Shown: positions 1 to 8,127, numbered from the stretch's first letter. The stretch: 32,000 nt of DNA from Megasphaera elsdenii DSM 20460 (GCF_003010495.1 NZ_CP027570.1:90001-122000), one strand, 5' to 3'. The notes: generated by a model from the sequence alone, not told the origin. Numbers and translations: made by a program.

Positions 1-495
1 GCTTTCAATCTTCTTAGCCATGGCCGTCTTCGACGTCGTGATGCCGCTGCCACCTTGACCAATCTTGAAGCTCAAGCCGGCGTTAAACATATTTTCCCCG
101 TTGCCGAAATTCGTACCCAGACTGAACATGGTATCTTCATTGGGACGATAGAAGGCACCCAAAGCGACACTGTTGGCATTGCGGTAATTGCCGTAACCAA
201 CGGCGAAATCCCACTTATCATTAGGGTCGAAGTCCAATGGATGAAGCGCTGCCAAAGCAGCCGCACCAGCACCGACCTTGTTGACGCGGTTATCGAGGTC
301 AGAAACGCGGTTGTTGATGTGGTAAATGGATTCCGTGTTGGCAGCGACCTGATGATCCAAAGCCGTTATGTTTTGGCCAGCTGTGTTAGCCTGTCTGATG
401 AAGATTCCGTCCTTTTCGACTCTCGTTTCCTTGTAGACGGTCCCGGCATTGACGGCGTTCTTAGAGCCTTCCTCAATCGTGGTGTTGGCTACATT
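1..495 (-). CDS. C-terminal part of the trimeric autotransporter adhesin: neck/stalk, YadA-like beta-barrel membrane anchor and the start of a further C-terminal extension. It is partial and runs off the window. It is in the same frame as the 496..4275 ORF but separated from it by a TAG codon.
   Basis: Manual reverse-strand translation in the frame of the upstream ORF gives 165 stop-free codons: NVANTTIEEGSKNAVNAGTVYKETRVEKDG...NRVSDLDNRVNKVGAGAAALAALHPLDFDPNDKWDFAVGYGNYRNANSVALGAFYRPNEDTMFSLGTNFGNGENMFNAGLSFKIGQGGSGITTSKTAMAKKIES. The coiled-coil followed by AALAAL..GYGNYR..ALG..FNAGLSFKIG is the classic YadA-type anchor pattern. Confidence 0.8.
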
Positions 496-3400
496 CTAGA
501 TGGTCGTGTCTTCCCGCAGCGTAACGGTCTTGCTGTCGTCACCGTCATAGTTGACGGCGTTCTTGGTCGCAGCTTGCAACTGGTCTTCCGTAGCAGCCTG
601 ACCGGACGTAATGTTCTTGGCGTCCCAGGTCTTGTTAGTCAATCCACCAATCGTGCCTTTGTCATCCTTGTTGATGGTGACCTTGCCAATGGCAGCGGAA
701 CCTGTCACTTCGAGGTCTTTTGTTGTAATCTTATTAGCTGCTGTAACTGAATCGACATTCAGATCTTTATTCAGGGAAATCTGATAATTCGCTGCTTCTC
801 CCTCTTTGGCAATATTTTCAACAGAAAGATTAGCATCTTCCGTTGATACAATAGTATGCTTGCCTGCAGCTTCTGACGCATATTTAATGGCTTCGTCAAG
901 TTTTCCAATGGAAGTCGTGACGTCTTCACCTTTTTTAACGTACTTCGTGCTGCTGTAGTCAAGATTCCCCACTTTGTTATCTACATGATTGACAGCATCT
1001 ACTACGGTCGTTTTACCTTCAGCATTTTTAATATCTGCATTCAAATCCGTTACATTGCCTACATCACTGGCTTTGGCTACATCCGTAATCCGGACGGTAC
1101 CAACTTTTCCCGTCTTATCTACAACGTCTATCGATACGCCCTGCACTGACTGGCCATCCTTGTCTGTAATAGTACCAACGGCATAATCTCCAGCCGTGAT
1201 ATGTGTATCATTGGCATCGGCTGTGGCCTGTGTCATCGCTTCGTGGAGCTGAGCTTCCGTAGCAGCCTTTGTAGACTGAGAATAATCTTTCGTTTTATCC
1301 CAGGTCGTATTAGACAAACCTGTAATCACATTATGCTGACCGTCTACAGTCACATTACCAGAAGTAACAGTTGTGGCTTGCAGACTGTTGAGACCTGTAA
1401 TGTCTTTTGCAAGACGAATATTCAAGGTATCATCATCTTTTCTTACAACACCAATGTTAGCAGCGTCAACAGTTTCGGTCGCTCCTCCGACAATATTAAG
1501 TTGCTCATTCAACTTTCTCGATATGACTTTGCTATTATCTGACTTTCCGTCATCACCAGCAAATGTTAAACCATCCGTACTTTTAGCCAATCCGTCCGTA
1601 TTTAAGCCAATCGTATATTCGATACCCTTTCCTTTGTTAACGCCTGTGTTATCTACTGTAATACGACTGTTTGCAGCCGCTTTGACAGTCGCATGCTTGG
1701 CAGCCTCTATAGCTACGGCATAAAGTTCGCTCCCATTGACGGCATCCGTACTCGTAGGCGTAACACGTCCGGCGGCTACGTTCGTAATAGTCCGTACCAC
1801 TTTATCATTACCTACACTAACGATTCCGCTTGGCCACCCGCCGCTTACACTATAGTTGCTGTTAAGATTCGGAATCGTAAGAGACATGACATTGTAATCA
1901 TTCAAGTTTCCCGAAGCTTCCGAACCTTGGCCCAGGGCAACGGAATTTTCTACTGAAACCTTTGCATCTTTCCCAATGGCAACAGATTTTGCACCGGAAA
2001 CCTGTGCATTCATACCTATAGCCATACTGTTTGCTCCACTTACCTGACTGCTTGCACCTAAGGCCATACTATTTTCTGCACCGGCCAAAACCTTTGCCTG
2101 ATATCCCAATGCCGTTCCCTTAGACGCACCTGTGTCTACGATAGCTCCTAATCCAACAGCTGACGAGTAATTGGCCAAAGCTTCTGCACCTTCACCTACG
2201 GCAGTAGCCGATTCCCCACTAGCCCTGGCGAGCGAACCCAGTGCGGTTGCCTGCGTTCCTTCAGCCTGTGCATTCATGCCAATAGCCGTACTGTTATCTT
2301 GATTGGCCAGGGCATCGGTACCTAGTGCAACAGCATACCGCCCTGTTGCCTTGCTATTATAGCCCAGGGCGGTCGAACGATAACCAGACTGGCTATTATA
2401 ACCAACCGCCGTGTTATCATCCATTTTATGATTTTCATCTAAAACATCGGAATGGGTTGTTTTAGCACTATATCCTAACGCTAATGAATGAGTTCCCCGG
2501 GCTGAAGCAAAGGGTCCGATAGCAATAGCATCATCCCCTGTAGCTCCATTATTGTTATAATTACTATCAGTACCTGTAACAGCACCACTTTTTGGATTCA
2601 TACTATAATAATGAATCTGGGCACTTTTCAGCTGAGCTACGTTAACCGCATCGGTATCTTCCTTACCGGCTGCGACGTTAGTAATCTGACGAGTAAGGTT
2701 CTTAGAAGCATCACCGACGGAAACAGCAGCCGCCTTTGATTTCCAGGTGCCAGTGGTATCAGTCTGATGGTCACCATTTGCCGGGTCATAACCATCTGCA
2801 CCCTTATCGATAACAGCTACGGAACCGGCACCGATGGCTACACCGCCATCGATAGTGGCATTAGCATTATGACCGAGGATGACTGTGTCTTTTTTCTCTG
2901 TTGTGATGGGCGCCGTTTCGTCGGCATTGCCGATAATCACGTTATGGGTCTGGTCTTCTGCTACGGCGCGATAATCGCCGATGACCGTATTGGAATCAGC
3001 CCCCTTATTGATCGTGACACCCTGTCCCAGCACCTTTACATGGCTGGCATTTGTTACCGTATTTTTAAAACCATTAATAGAATTATAGGAGCTAATACTG
3101 CTCTTTTCTCCTACTACTGTATTATTCACACCAATAATAGATGTTTTTTGGGTATAATTCGCTTTATTTCCACCACCAATGGCAAGCGTAGCTCCACCGC
3201 TTTCGCTGTCCTGCACTGCCTTCATCAAATTATTCTGCAAAGCCTGTGCTGAGTCTCCCCCACTTGAAGGCGCAGAAGAAATATCAGTGATAGAATTTTG
3301 AATTTCATTACCCGCCCCAAAAATCAGAGAACCATTGGAGTTAGAAGCTCTGTTGGCGGTGCCTACGATACTGTTAGCAATTCCAGAATATGGACTGGAA

Positions 3401-4275
3401 AAAGTAGCCGATTCAATACTGTTCAGAGATCCGGTAATGGTAGCACCAAAGTTCTTGGTTGCAGCAGATGTATCATTACCGCCTTCATAATTTCCCGAAG
3501 CAATGGAATATGCCCCCATAACTGTGGAAAATGCACCTGCATTAAAACTGTTAGTTCCCAGAGTCGTTTCAAAAACATTTTTTGACTTTACATTTACATC
3601 CTTTTCGTTAGATGTATTAATCGTTACATCGCCTAACTTACCTTGATAATTATGAATGCCAATGGTTAAACCACCTGTGCGGGCATATGAGTTCTGACCA
3701 ATAGCGATTGATCCAGGAACTCTGGTTGGGTCATCGGGAATTTGTGCCACAGGAACCAATCCCCACCAATAGTCGGGATCATATTTAGGAGTATATGTAG
3801 TCTGTCCAAAACCAAACGCTTTTTCCTGTTGTCCGGCCATATTCTCAATGGACACATTATTCCCAATGGCAATGCTGCCGCCCTGACTGGCATAGTTGTC
3901 AATGACAGCGCCGCTACCGACTGCTACATCACCAGTTGACTTGCTTTCGCCATTTGAATATTTGATAGTCGCCCCTTTGCCAATGGCTACATTTTCTTTT
4001 TTAGGTGCGTTGCTGTTTGTCCCAATAGCAACGCCATCACCACTTCCTGCCGTATTATCCGCAGCCAATACCGGCGAATAAGCCACTCCACCGAAAGTCA
4101 GCAGTCCGGCGACGATGGCAGCTACGGCCGCCTTACCAAAATACCTCTTCTGGTGTATATTTGTGCTTATAAGTTCACTCTTACTGGACGATTTGTGTTG
4201 GCTTTTCGTTAATTCCGATACGACGACATAGCAATGTCTGGCTTTACTCCAAATGACCTTATACGTTCGATTCAT
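496..4275 (-). CDS. Trimeric autotransporter adhesin (YadA/Hia-like) passenger: ESPR extended signal peptide, head repeats and stalk/neck repeats. It ends at a TAG at 496..498.
   Basis: The N-terminus MNRTYKVIWSKARHCYVVVSELTKS matches the type V ESPR motif. It is followed by a hydrophobic signal segment. There are many SxAxG/NSxAxG head repeats (NSMALGASSQVSGANSMAIGMNAQVSGAKSVAIG) and neck motifs (RQITNVAAGKEDTDAVNVAQL, RTITNVAAGRVTPTSTDAVNGSELY). The start at ATG 4273..4275 is chosen because AAGGAG lies 9 nt upstream. Confidence 0.9.
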   Translation of the reverse strand: MNRTYKVIWSKARHCYVVVSELTKSQHKSSSKSELISTNIHQKRYFGKAAVAAIVAGLLTFGGVAYSPVLAADNTAGSGDGVAIGTNSNAPKKENVAIGKGATIKYSNGESKSTGDVAVGSGAVIDNYASQGGSIAIGNNVSIENMAGQQEKAFGFGQTTYTPKYDPDYWWGLVPVAQIPDDPTRVPGSIAIGQNSYARTGGLTIGIHNYQGKLGDVTINTSNEKDVNVKSKNVFETTLGTNSFNAGAFSTVMGAYSIASGNYEGGNDTSAATKNFGATITGSLNSIESATFSSPYSGIANSIVGTANRASNSNGSLIFGAGNEIQNSITDISSAPSSGGDSAQALQNNLMKAVQDSESGGATLAIGGGNKANYTQKTSIIGVNNTVVGEKSSISSYNSINGFKNTVTNASHVKVLGQGVTINKGADSNTVIGDYRAVAEDQTHNVIIGNADETAPITTEKKDTVILGHNANATIDGGVAIGAGSVAVIDKGADGYDPANGDHQTDTTGTWKSKAAAVSVGDASKNLTRQITNVAAGKEDTDAVNVAQLKSAQIHYYSMNPKSGAVTGTDSNYNNNGATGDDAIAIGPFASARGTHSLALGYSAKTTHSDVLDENHKMDDNTAVGYNSQSGYRSTALGYNSKATGRYAVALGTDALANQDNSTAIGMNAQAEGTQATALGSLARASGESATAVGEGAEALANYSSAVGLGAIVDTGASKGTALGYQAKVLAGAENSMALGASSQVSGANSMAIGMNAQVSGAKSVAIGKDAKVSVENSVALGQGSEASGNLNDYNVMSLTIPNLNSNYSVSGGWPSGIVSVGNDKVVRTITNVAAGRVTPTSTDAVNGSELYAVAIEAAKHATVKAAANSRITVDNTGVNKGKGIEYTIGLNTDGLAKSTDGLTFAGDDGKSDNSKVISRKLNEQLNIVGGATETVDAANIGVVRKDDDTLNIRLAKDITGLNSLQATTVTSGNVTVDGQHNVITGLSNTTWDKTKDYSQSTKAATEAQLHEAMTQATADANDTHITAGDYAVGTITDKDGQSVQGVSIDVVDKTGKVGTVRITDVAKASDVGNVTDLNADIKNAEGKTTVVDAVNHVDNKVGNLDYSSTKYVKKGEDVTTSIGKLDEAIKYASEAAGKHTIVSTEDANLSVENIAKEGEAANYQISLNKDLNVDSVTAANKITTKDLEVTGSAAIGKVTINKDDKGTIGGLTNKTWDAKNITSGQAATEDQLQAATKNAVNYDGDDSKTVTLREDTTI

Positions 4276-4563
4276 AAAAAGCATCTCCTTTTCCGTTATT
4301 ATATGCATTTTATATAACTAATAAAAAGCATATCTGTAACAAAACTGTTATTTTATTATAGCATATAAAGTCGCAAAATAAAGCAGTATATAGACATTCG
4401 TAAGTTGTTGCCAAGTCGTCGTCTTGTACTTTATATTAACTTTTTTAATATATTTTTAATATAATTATTTGCAATTATATATACAAAATAAAGAAAATTT
4501 TTCTGTGATTTTTTTGATGAGTCTGTCGCGGCGAAACGCCGCATCTGAGTCCGAGGAAAGGCA

Positions 4564-4591
4564 GTGACTCGTGGTTTGTGGCTCGTGGCTC
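4564..4591 (+). repeat. Tandem heptamer array (module H, copy 1): GTGACTC GTGGTTT GTGGCTC GTGGCTC.
   Basis: Four head-to-tail 7-mers read directly. A near-identical array lies at 10859..10886 in the same orientation. Confidence 0.8.
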
Positions 4592-4638
4592 GTAAAAGCC
4601 TGCCATTATACTCGGATGGACTGTGGTCGAATCTCACA

Positions 4639-4665
4639 GCGGGCTCGCCACGTGCGAGCCCCTAC
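4639..4665 (-). repeat. GTAGGGG-hairpin REP-like element (module G, copy 3).
   Basis: The minus strand reads GTAGGGGCTCGCACGTGGCGAGCCCGC. It has an 8-bp stem GGGCTCGC/GCGAGCCC and shares the GTAGGGG...CCCGC frame with the copies at 8084 and 13827. Confidence 0.75.
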
Positions 4666-4708
4666 GCATACTACGCACAAGGCCGTAGACCGTGTTTTTT
4701 TGCGGCCT

Positions 4709-4727
4709 GCGAACTGCGGTCCCCTAC
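4709..4727 (-). repeat. Truncated GTAGGGG element (module G, copy 4) overlapping the queH stop codon.
   Basis: The minus strand reads GTAGGGGACCGCAGTTCGC. This equals the 8084..8117 copy with its central 15 nt (CGCCTAAAAGGCGTC) removed. The TAG inside GTAGGGG is the queH stop (4724..4726). Confidence 0.75.
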
Positions 4728-5443
4728 TTATTGTCTTCCAGAAAGGCTTCCGCATCTTGGCGGATTTTTTCCAGGTCCAGGCCCTGGTCGCGGGCGCCGA
4801 AGATGCAGCCGCAGTAGGGCTGGCGGTAGAGGTGGTAGGCTTCGGTCATTTTCGTCGATGTGAGGAAGCCGTTGTTTTTCTTGAAGTCCGTCGGCAAGTA
4901 GGCGTAGCCGTACTGGTCTTCGATATCCCGGCCGACTTCGTTGATGACCTGCGAGTTCTTATGGGGGCTGACGGTCAGGGTCGTCGTGAAATAGTCATAG
5001 CCCAGTTCCTGCATCTTTTCAGCTGTCGCCTTCATGCGCTGGACGAAGCAGACGCGGCAGCGGGCGCCGCCTTCCGGTTCGTCTTCCAGGCCCTTGACGG
5101 CTTCAAAGTACGTCTCCGGTTCATAGGGCGCGGCCAGGAAATGGACGTCGTGGCCAGTCTCTTTGTTATAGGCTTCGATGAACTGTTTCTGGACGAGTTC
5201 CCGCCGCCGGTATTCGGCTTCCGGATGGATATTGGGGTTGAAATAGTAAACCGTCACATCAGCCACGCCGGTCAACCTATCCAGGACGGCCGTACTGCAC
5301 GGGCCACAGCAGGAATGGAGCAGGACCCGCGGCTTGACGCCTTCCTGCTGCCAACGGCGGGCCATGCGCTGGAATACTTTATCGAAGTTGATCCGCTGGT
5401 TTTGATTCATGCGGTCCAGAATTTCATGAAAATCAATCATCAT
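4724..5443 (-). CDS. queH: Epoxyqueuosine reductase QueH (DUF208 family).
   Basis: 239 aa with LLHSCCGPCS, ARCRVCF and YCGCIFG cysteine motifs and the overall QueH layout. Confidence 0.85.
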   Translation of the reverse strand: MMIDFHEILDRMNQNQRINFDKVFQRMARRWQQEGVKPRVLLHSCCGPCSTAVLDRLTGVADVTVYYFNPNIHPEAEYRRRELVQKQFIEAYNKETGHDVHFLAAPYEPETYFEAVKGLEDEPEGGARCRVCFVQRMKATAEKMQELGYDYFTTTLTVSPHKNSQVINEVGRDIEDQYGYAYLPTDFKKNNGFLTSTKMTEAYHLYRQPYCGCIFGARDQGLDLEKIRQDAEAFLEDNK

Positions 5444-5476
5444 TTATACTCTCTTTCTAATATAGATTTATTTTAT

Positions 5477-5485
5477 ATTATACCA
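5477..5485 (-). promoter_or_regulatory. Candidate extended -10 (TGGTATAAT) for queH.
   Basis: The minus strand reads TGGTATAAT about 35 nt upstream of the queH ATG. There is no good -35. Confidence 0.35.
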
Positions 5486-5624
5486 TAGCATGGATAGCGC
5501 CATCGAGTATCTGCCAGAGCGTCAGGTAAAGGCCTATTTTTTATCCCCCCATGGGCTTATATTGGCCAGGCTTTTTTAGTAAAATAGTAATATAGTTAAA
5601 TTTCTAAGGAAAAGAGGTTTCATT

Positions 5625-6629
5625 ATGCATATACCTGAAAATTACCTGAGCCCTTCGACGTGCGGTGTCCTCGGCGCCGTCATGGTCCCTATCTGGCTGC
5701 TGTCCATCCGCAAGGTCAAGGAAACGGTGCCCCGTGAAAAGCTGCCCCTCCTCGGCATTGCTGCGGCCTTTTCCTTCCTGGCCATGATGTTCAATATCCC
5801 CCTGCCCGGCGGTACGACGGGACACGCTGTCGGCGGTACGCTCATTGCCATCCTCTTCGGGCCGTACGCGGCCTGTCTGGCCGTCAGCGTGGCCCTGCTC
5901 ATCCAGGCCCTGTTCTTCGGTGACGGCGGCATCCTGGCTTTCGGCGCCAACTGCTTCAACATGGCTTTCGTCCTGCCCTTTACGGGATATTTCATCTATC
6001 ACGGCCTGAAGAAGGTCATCTCATCGGATACGGTCGCCGCCGGCATCAGCGCTTATGTTGGCATCAACGCAGCTGCCTTCTGTGCCGCCGTGGAATTTGG
6101 CATCCAGCCCCTGCTGTTCACCGATGCTGCCGGTCAGGCCCTGTACTGCCCGTATCCCCTGTGGATTTCCCTTCCGGCCATGATGATCGGCCACCTCACC
6201 TTGTTCGGCCTGGCAGAAGTCGTCTTCACGACGGGCGTCCTGGCTTATCTTCGCAAGACGTCGCCGGACCTGTTCCAGCTGGCCGCCCCGGCTTCGTCCA
6301 ATAAGTCCCTCTTCGGTCTCCTGGCCGCCCTCATCGTCGCCACGCCCCTCGGCTTACTGGCTGCCGGTACGGCCTGGGGTGAATGGGATGCGGAAGAACT
6401 GGCAGACACGGACTTCTTCGGTTCCGCCCTAGGGTATACGCCGGCAGGCATGGAAAACGGCTTTTCCTTCGATGCCCTCATGCCGGACTACGCCATTGCC
6501 GGCCTGCCCGACGCCGCCGGCTACATCATTTCGGCCATCGTAGGCACGGCCTTGCTCATCATCATCTTTAAGATCATCGCGTCCCTCTTGCCGTCCCGGC
6601 CGACTTTCGATACGCCGGCTCAGCATTAA
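5625..6629 (+). CDS. cbiM: ECF transporter substrate-capture component CbiM/NikM with a fused C-terminal PDGLE/CbiN-like domain (Co/Ni uptake).
   Basis: 334 aa. The N-terminal MHIPENYLSP is the metal-ligating Met-His N-terminus typical of CbiM/NikM. The core is multi-TM. The C-terminal part (GTAWGEWD...GYTPAGMENG...PDY...) followed by a final TM resembles the PDGLE domain. An SD (AAGGAAAAGAGG) precedes the ATG. Confidence 0.85.
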   Translation: MHIPENYLSPSTCGVLGAVMVPIWLLSIRKVKETVPREKLPLLGIAAAFSFLAMMFNIPLPGGTTGHAVGGTLIAILFGPYAACLAVSVALLIQALFFGDGGILAFGANCFNMAFVLPFTGYFIYHGLKKVISSDTVAAGISAYVGINAAAFCAAVEFGIQPLLFTDAAGQALYCPYPLWISLPAMMIGHLTLFGLAEVVFTTGVLAYLRKTSPDLFQLAAPASSNKSLFGLLAALIVATPLGLLAAGTAWGEWDAEELADTDFFGSALGYTPAGMENGFSFDALMPDYAIAGLPDAAGYIISAIVGTALLIIIFKIIASLLPSRPTFDTPAQH

Positions 6630-6635
6630 GGGGGC

Positions 6636-7451
6636 TTGTCCATGAAGCTCCCTGAATGGGCAGTCCGCGAAGAAATATATAATCCCGGCAGCGACCGGGA
6701 TTATTTCATTTCCCGCTCCCTGCTCAAGATCGTCTCTATCCTGACGGCCCTGCGCGGCCAGGGACTGCGGCCGGCCCGGCCCATCGGCGCGGCACCGGCC
6801 TTATTGGCTGCCCTGGTCCTCATCGCCCTCATCGTCATGGCCCGGACGACGGCCTTTCTCTGGGCCGTCCTGGCCGGTGAACTGGTCCTCCTCTGCTTCC
6901 AACCGGGACGGCCCCTGCGCCGGGCCCTCGGCGCCGCCCTGGCAGGGTCCCTGTTCTGTGCCGTCCTCGTCGCCCCGTCTTTTTTCCTGGGCAATGGCCG
7001 CTACGCCTTTCTCCTGCCCTGCAAGACCTTTCTCACCGTGACGGCCCTGATGCTCCTGCAGGAAAACCTGGCCTGGCATGAACTGACCGGCGCCCTGCGG
7101 ACGTTCCGCGTCCCGTCGCTGGTCATCTTCATCCTCGACACGACGCTGCGCTACATCGTCATCTTAGGCCAGGAAGCGTCCGACCTGCTGACGGCCCTCA
7201 AGCTGCGCTCTGTCGGTCATAATCCCGACAAGAAGGCCGCCATGAGCGGCGTTTCCGGCATTTTGCTGCAAAAGTCCCAGCGCCTGTCCCAGGACCTGTA
7301 CGAAGCCATGTGCTGCCGCTGCTTCACTGGCGATTACCGGCCCTATGAGGACGGCCGGAAGCGCCGTTTCTCTCCCGCCACGGGGCTGCTCGTCCTTGCC
7401 CTGCTGGCCTATGTCTATCTCTTCATCCGCCTGGAAGGAGTCCTCTCATGA
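6636..7451 (+). CDS. cbiQ: ECF transporter transmembrane (T) component CbiQ.
   Basis: About 270 aa hydrophobic protein lying between cbiM and the ATPase. The start is either TTG 6636 or ATG 6642. The stop overlaps the next start (ATGA at 7448). Confidence 0.8.
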   Translation: MSMKLPEWAVREEIYNPGSDRDYFISRSLLKIVSILTALRGQGLRPARPIGAAPALLAALVLIALIVMARTTAFLWAVLAGELVLLCFQPGRPLRRALGAALAGSLFCAVLVAPSFFLGNGRYAFLLPCKTFLTVTALMLLQENLAWHELTGALRTFRVPSLVIFILDTTLRYIVILGQEASDLLTALKLRSVGHNPDKKAAMSGVSGILLQKSQRLSQDLYEAMCCRCFTGDYRPYEDGRKRRFSPATGLLVLALLAYVYLFIRLEGVLS

Positions 7452-8098
7452 TACAACTCGACGACGTCTGTTTCGCCTATGACGACAGGCCCATCCTCTC
7501 TCATCTCACGGAAACCATCGAACCGGGCCAGGCCGTCCTCCTCAGCGGTCCCAACGGCTCTGGGAAATCGACGCTCCTGCGCCTGCTGAACGGCCTGATT
7601 TTCCCCCAGCAGGGGACGTATACCTTTGACGGCACGGTCATCACGGCCGGCAAGATGCGGGACCACGCCTATTCCAAATGGTTCCACCAGCGCCTGGGCT
7701 ACGTCTGGCAGAATCCCGATTCCCAGCTCTTCTGCAGCAGCGTCCGCGAGGAACTGGCCTTCGGCCCGGTCCAGATGGGATTGAAGCCTGAAGAAATCCA
7801 CCAGCGCGTCGACGATGCCCTGGAACTGCTGGGCCTGACCCGGCTGGCCTCCCGCCCGCCTTACACCCTGTCCGGCGGCGAAAAGAAACGGACGGCCATC
7901 GCCTCCATCCTGACCATGAACCCCCAGGTCTGGACCATGGACGAACCGGAAAGCTACCTCGACGCCGACGGCCTGGCTTGGCTTTCAGATTTCCTGCCCA
8001 GCCTGAAAGCAGCCGGCAAGACCCTCATCATCGCCACACACCACGCCGACCGCCTGGCCTCCCTTGTGGATAAGGAAATAATTGTAGGGGACGCCTAA
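7448..8098 (+). CDS. cbiO: ECF transporter ATPase CbiO (ABC ATP-binding protein), unusually short at 216 aa.
   Basis: Walker A GPNGSGKST, Q-loop, signature LSGGEKKR, Walker B WTMDEPESYLD and H-loop ATHH are all present. The last four codons and the stop (GTA GGG GAC GCC TAA) lie inside the repeat at 8084..8117. Confidence 0.85.
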   Translation: MIQLDDVCFAYDDRPILSHLTETIEPGQAVLLSGPNGSGKSTLLRLLNGLIFPQQGTYTFDGTVITAGKMRDHAYSKWFHQRLGYVWQNPDSQLFCSSVREELAFGPVQMGLKPEEIHQRVDDALELLGLTRLASRPPYTLSGGEKKRTAIASILTMNPQVWTMDEPESYLDADGLAWLSDFLPSLKAAGKTLIIATHHADRLASLVDKEIIVGDA

Positions 8099-8117
8099 AA
8101 GGCGTCCCGCAGTTCGC
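8084..8117 (+). repeat. GTAGGGG-hairpin REP-like element (module G, copy 1).
   Basis: GTAGGGGACGCCTAAAAGGCGTCCCGCAGTTCGC, with stem GGGACGCC/GGCGTCCC and loop TAAAA. Confidence 0.75.
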
Positions 8118-8127
8118 GTTCAAATGC

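Noticed and set aside
55-750. A 231-aa plus-strand ORF at the left edge.
   Set aside because: It lies antisense to the adhesin anchor and stalk, which have unmistakable YadA-type sequence. Its own translation is featureless.
4621-4650. A tRNA-like 3' fragment: CTGTGG-TCGAATC-TCACAG followed by CGGGCTC-G-CCA. This resembles a T-arm, acceptor strand, discriminator and CCA, and could be an att-site remnant at the edge of the AT-rich adhesin locus.
   Set aside because: No matching 5' acceptor strand, D-arm or anticodon arm can be folded upstream. The T-loop is shifted relative to the TTCGAAT consensus. The CGGGCTCGCCAC part belongs to the GTAGGGG hairpin repeat found at other loci, so the resemblance is probably coincidental.
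5444-5624. A possible cobalamin or NiCo riboswitch upstream of cbiM.
   Set aside because: The spacer is only about 180 nt and is shared with the divergent queH promoter. I could not find a B12-box-like sequence or a convincing multi-stem aptamer. A covariance-model scan (Rfam Cobalamin, NiCo) would be the decisive test.
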